This document shows, piece after piece, positions 59,148-62,763 of a stretch of 62,763 bases of DNA. The notes under the pieces are model-generated. The model was not told where the DNA came from and did no database searches. It saw only the letters and a list, made by a program, of their open reading frames with translations. The stretch comes from Psammoneis japonica. Its lineage: Eukaryota. Position numbers and translations under genes: made by a program. The DNA lies in the NCBI GenBank assembly GCA_008632985.1, contig QPGO01000008.1, positions 848,979 through 911,741 on the forward strand, in the 5' to 3' direction. Each line of letters begins with the position of its first letter. Within the stretch, counting starts at the first letter, position 1.

Positions 59148-62100
59148 TTAATGATTAATGCTGTCATGACTTATGATGAGACGTGTCCACACCTTTCCAG
59201 TGTTGGAGCTGGCATATTTAGATATCCAGTTTCTCACCGACACGCTTTTTGCGATTCGACGCTCGAATTGAATGTTGCCAATTGCAAGCGGTACCCCGGC
59301 ACCTCCATAGCAAGATACTTCCACACCAATGTTGTCTTCATTTCCCATTGTTGTAGCCAATGGTCGTATGTTGTACAAGGCATGAAAAACCACCCACTTT
59401 GTACCCAACGGTAGTGTCTCCAACACTGGCTTTTCGGTGGAGACGAGCGTTGCCAATTTCACCTGGTCTGTAATAGCTCTTGAAAAATGCATTGAATCTG
59501 TCATGAACTTGTTGATATCTTGTTGCCTAACCCTGTGTCCAATCTTTCTTAATTCCCTGCAGGTGACAATCGTTCGGCAATTCTTGTCTCCACAAAAGCT
59601 GCAGGTAGATTTGGACTTTTCGTTTTTCTTTGCAGCTACGGTGCCACCATTTCGAGCCATCACTTGTGAAGCGATTCTCTTCTTGCGAAGTGCCCCAGCT
59701 CTGTTGGCCTCTGGACCACGTTTTGTTGGGGGGTTGCTCAAAGATGAAGCTGGTCTTTTCCTGGCAGCTTGCGCAACAACACCAACAACATCAGCGGCGT
59801 CATCTGGGCTACCCCCCTTTTTGGCAATGTCCAGCAGCTCGAGTATGGAGCCGTACAATGCCCCTCCCAGTGCTGTGCTAGAACTCACTGCATATTCTGT
59901 CAGCTTTGTGCAAGCCTTTAGCATCTGGTTTCTATTAACTTTTTTTGGCTTTCGGGAGTTTGTTTCTTTTGATGCCGTTTCTGACAGCGCCGACACCGTC
60001 GACACTGTTTCATTCGGCGCGGCTTCGGCAGACTCAAATTCCATTGATGCCATTTCCGATTCTGATGCTTCGGTTGCTGTTGATTCGGTTTGTGGAGCGA
60101 GTTGAGACAATGCAACATCGTCGTCGCTGGAATCACTGGCTCGGCCGTCTCCATCGTCACGGCAACTGTCATCCACGTCAGCTATCGGTTCCATCTTGTG
60201 AGGCTGATACAACCGTTCTGGGAACAATGCCTTGTCAAACACACGGCCGTTTCTGCAGCACTCATGGGGACACATGCTGAGCGCCTCCAATCGGCGAGTA
60301 CAGTCACATCTCCCATGCTTGGGGACGAGTCTTACGCTGTCGACGCTTGTGCCTTCTCTATGCACACGGTCAAAGTTGTCGCCTTTATCTTCCAACAACT
60401 TATAGTTGAAACTTTCATTGTACACTTCTGTCCAGTAAGTCTCGTGTGCCCACTTGGACAGAGTTCGCAACGCCTCCGCCTCTGACGCATTTTCTGATTG
60501 TACTTCTTCGGCTTTCCTTGCAGATATAAGCCGGTACTTTGCATCCTCTGTTTTGTTTTGTTGGTCACGGGTAGTCTGCCGTTCGAGTAGCCCACTGATT
60601 TGCTCCACCATGTCTTCAGTAGACCCACTCCCGAGATGAGCCTGCACACTGGAATGGTTTGACTCGGCCGGTTGGCTGCTACTCTTGCCAAGGTTGCCGG
60701 GGATTCTCTTGATGTAATATCCGGCAAATCTCTCGGGATGATCATAGTATCCTTTGATGTACTGGAGTTTGACAGGATCAGAACCCAGCTTTGCTTCAAT
60801 TCGCTCATACGCCTTGTCATATTGTTCCCTGGTGTCGCTGTGCAGCATCGCACACATGTTCTCGGATATTGCGTCATAGGTTTGTTGGCCCATCTCCAAC
60901 GGCCAAACGTTGGTTCTCAAGTGGAAGGAGTCCCATAACAGGTCTGTTCCCTCCAATGCACCAATTTGGACAGGTCGATCCAGGTCCAACATGCCCAGTA
61001 TTGAATCGTTTAGAAAGCCATCGGCAAACATCAAACGAATGCTACTGATCTTCCTTCTCGGCTCCATATCTTCCAACGACTTTACTGCAAACTCGTAGTG
61101 CTCAAGCTCTTCTTCAAAGCAAATTGTTTCATTGAGCTGCACAATCCGTTTCTCATGATCAAGAGCCACAGGACCAATGTAAGGCCAGTGGTCGCTGTTC
61201 ATCTTCGTCTTCATGAAATCCAAAAATATCATGTCCCCGTACCGAATCCACGCCTTGCGCATAGTTTGAGTCATCCACACAATGGCGCAGGGTTCTCCGT
61301 TTGCGTCTTTCTTGACACGACAGTCTAAGCCTCGACTGCTCTGCTTTATTTTCATAAGATACAACTCAGCCTTCCATGCCTCACCACGATCTTGCATCAC
61401 TTGCCGCAACAACTCCCTCACCTTGGTGCGACATAAATCAGTGTCGGGTAATTGGACAGCCTCATTTTCTGCAAGAGGCTTGAACCTCATGAGGTTCTCA
61501 GCAGCTTTAGCATCCATGGGCTTGTCTTCTAGATAGTGTTTCTTTGCCCGCATCCTCACGTTTCGAACGTCATCAGCTGTAATTACCTGCCCATCTGGAA
61601 CGCATTTTCGAAGGAGCCCACGAATGCCACGGGGGTTTGTGACGACTCCAGTCGCGATAGTTTCTGCAATGCGATCCATGTCTGCGAGATTGATGTTTCC
61701 CAACACAGCGCCAGCCGCTTTCTTTGCCAGGCGGGACGCCTCCACACCCGGGTTACAATTGTGCTCAAAGCAGTGGCCAGTGATACGCACCATTCTTCGG
61801 TGCCTTTCATCTTTGGGATTTCGTTGGTCTACAGTGGCCTTTATGACAAACGGGCAGTTTCCCTTGATGCTCTGCCGGTTTCTCTGCCTTGAAGGCGACA
61901 CCACCGACTCTTGTGCTTTCTTGTTTGCTTTCTTAAAAAAGCACTTCAAATGATAGTTGTTCACTGTCGTAAGGTGAAATCCCCAAGCATCACCAAATCG
62001 AATCGCCGCTTGTTTGAGCTGACAGAAATTCACGAAAGATCTCTTCTTCAGGATGCTTCCAAACAGCTCTTGAGCTGCCGACTCCAACTTCTCCAGTTTT

Positions 62101-62507
62101 ACCATGCCCTCCTTGTCAACATCCGTATCCAGATTTGGTCCATGTTGGTCCACCACGTCTTTCAGGGACTTGGGCAACCAATCGATGCTGTCGGCCACTT
62201 TGCTTTTTGCGTTGCTCAGAGCTCTCTTAGTCGGCTTGTCATCTGGCCCAGTGTCAGTCACCGCGACGTTGTCGACTCGCTCGAATGGATCTCCGTCCCC
62301 TTCATTCCATTCAGGCTGTTCCGGTGGGTGGTTTTCAAAGAACTTGTAAGACATGGTTTGCACACTGCGGTTGTCAATGTTGGCGCCAAGGGCCGATGGT
62401 GTTGGTGGTTTTTCAGGCGGTGTTGATTTAGAGGCGGTGTGGATGGAGCCAGAGTTGACAACGGTGTGGTTGTCGCAACGATGCTGGTGGTTGGTGCGGC
62501 ACACCAA
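59148..62507 (-). CDS. MULE transposase with FAR1/WRKY-like, DDE and SWIM-like domains
   Basis: C...SIKGNCPF...FEHNC zinc domain. YGDMIFLD, LMFADG, WDSFH, AESNHS catalytic core. CDC...CPH SWIM. Late CSFCG...C knuckle. True start may be an ATG near 62354. Confidence 0.85.
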   Translation of the reverse strand: MVCRTNHQHRCDNHTVVNSGSIHTASKSTPPEKPPTPSALGANIDNRSVQTMSYKFFENHPPEQPEWNEGDGDPFERVDNVAVTDTGPDDKPTKRALSNAKSKVADSIDWLPKSLKDVVDQHGPNLDTDVDKEGMVKLEKLESAAQELFGSILKKRSFVNFCQLKQAAIRFGDAWGFHLTTVNNYHLKCFFKKANKKAQESVVSPSRQRNRQSIKGNCPFVIKATVDQRNPKDERHRRMVRITGHCFEHNCNPGVEASRLAKKAAGAVLGNINLADMDRIAETIATGVVTNPRGIRGLLRKCVPDGQVITADDVRNVRMRAKKHYLEDKPMDAKAAENLMRFKPLAENEAVQLPDTDLCRTKVRELLRQVMQDRGEAWKAELYLMKIKQSSRGLDCRVKKDANGEPCAIVWMTQTMRKAWIRYGDMIFLDFMKTKMNSDHWPYIGPVALDHEKRIVQLNETICFEEELEHYEFAVKSLEDMEPRRKISSIRLMFADGFLNDSILGMLDLDRPVQIGALEGTDLLWDSFHLRTNVWPLEMGQQTYDAISENMCAMLHSDTREQYDKAYERIEAKLGSDPVKLQYIKGYYDHPERFAGYYIKRIPGNLGKSSSQPAESNHSSVQAHLGSGSTEDMVEQISGLLERQTTRDQQNKTEDAKYRLISARKAEEVQSENASEAEALRTLSKWAHETYWTEVYNESFNYKLLEDKGDNFDRVHREGTSVDSVRLVPKHGRCDCTRRLEALSMCPHECCRNGRVFDKALFPERLYQPHKMEPIADVDDSCRDDGDGRASDSSDDDVALSQLAPQTESTATEASESEMASMEFESAEAAPNETVSTVSALSETASKETNSRKPKKVNRNQMLKACTKLTEYAVSSSTALGGALYGSILELLDIAKKGGSPDDAADVVGVVAQAARKRPASSLSNPPTKRGPEANRAGALRKKRIASQVMARNGGTVAAKKNEKSKSTCSFCGDKNCRTIVTCRELRKIGHRVRQQDINKFMTDSMHFSRAITDQVKLATLVSTEKPVLETLPLGTKWVVFHALYNIRPLATTMGNEDNIGVEVSCYGGAGVPLAIGNIQFERRIAKSVSVRNWISKYASSNTGKVWTRLIISHDSINH

Positions 62508-62705
62508 ATTCGAAGTATTTGATCGAGTGCTGCGAGTAAGTGCAACTACCTACGTGGAGAAGTGTGTTTGTTATCGGTGTGTTGCGGCACCGGTAGCACA
62601 TGTGATTGCTGGTAGACACCGGTAATAAAGTGCGCGCGATGTTGCGTTTTTGGCAGGTGCTGGGGGGCAATGATGATGTCAACATCACTTATTGTGAACA
62701 AATAA

Positions 62706-62763
62706 GTTCTTAGCTGACGTCGTTTGTCCAATCAGATTTCCATACCGCCGTTATGACCGCACT
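62706..62763 (-). repeat. Right terminal inverted repeat of the MULE (possibly truncated by the window end)
   Basis: Exact reverse complement of 57910-57967. Confidence 0.95.

Larger units (their letters stand above)
57910..62763 (-). mobile_element. Intact Mutator-like (MULE) DNA transposon
   Basis: Perfect 58-bp inverted repeats at 57910-57967 and 62706-62763 (right copy runs to the window end) enclosing a 1119-aa transposase ORF. Confidence 0.88.

Noticed and set aside
61310..61330. Possible incipient Tyr->Cys change in the MULE transposase (GLDCRV)
   Set aside because: Cannot be polarised without homologous copies, and the ORF retains many Tyr.

Overview
Eukaryotic nuclear DNA, most consistent with a diatom (compact genes, short GT-AG introns, stramenopile-style families). 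About 22 intact-looking host genes: ferric reductase, TAF9, PPIL2-like cyclophilin, FNTA, TLC protein, UPF3-like, class II GATase, GST, trypsin, DEAD-box helicase, sulfotransferase-like, methyltransferase, exosome RNase PH subunit, ankyrin-MYND, U1-C-like, LRR-HlyIII fusion, AAA ATPase, YkoF-like, sugar porter, ClpR and two unknowns. The window ends in an intact MULE transposon with terminal inverted repeats and an internal 5x189-bp array. The main finding is five sharply bounded domains (about 1-1057, 5255-7900, 10100-15140, 31990-40250, 49120-50480; roughly 18 kb) of decayed transposon and duplicated-gene sequence in which TpA is almost absent and CpG is strongly reduced, with both converted to TpG/CpA. 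Paralog pairs in the window and a decayed Penelope-like RT (Tyr->Cys/His, Arg->Gln/stop, Asp->Asn) show the direction of change. CpG loss fits 5mC deamination. TpA->TpG/CpA loss is the reverse of fungal RIP and points to a repeat-targeted hypermutation process that I cannot assign to a known pathway. All counts and alignments were done by eye.
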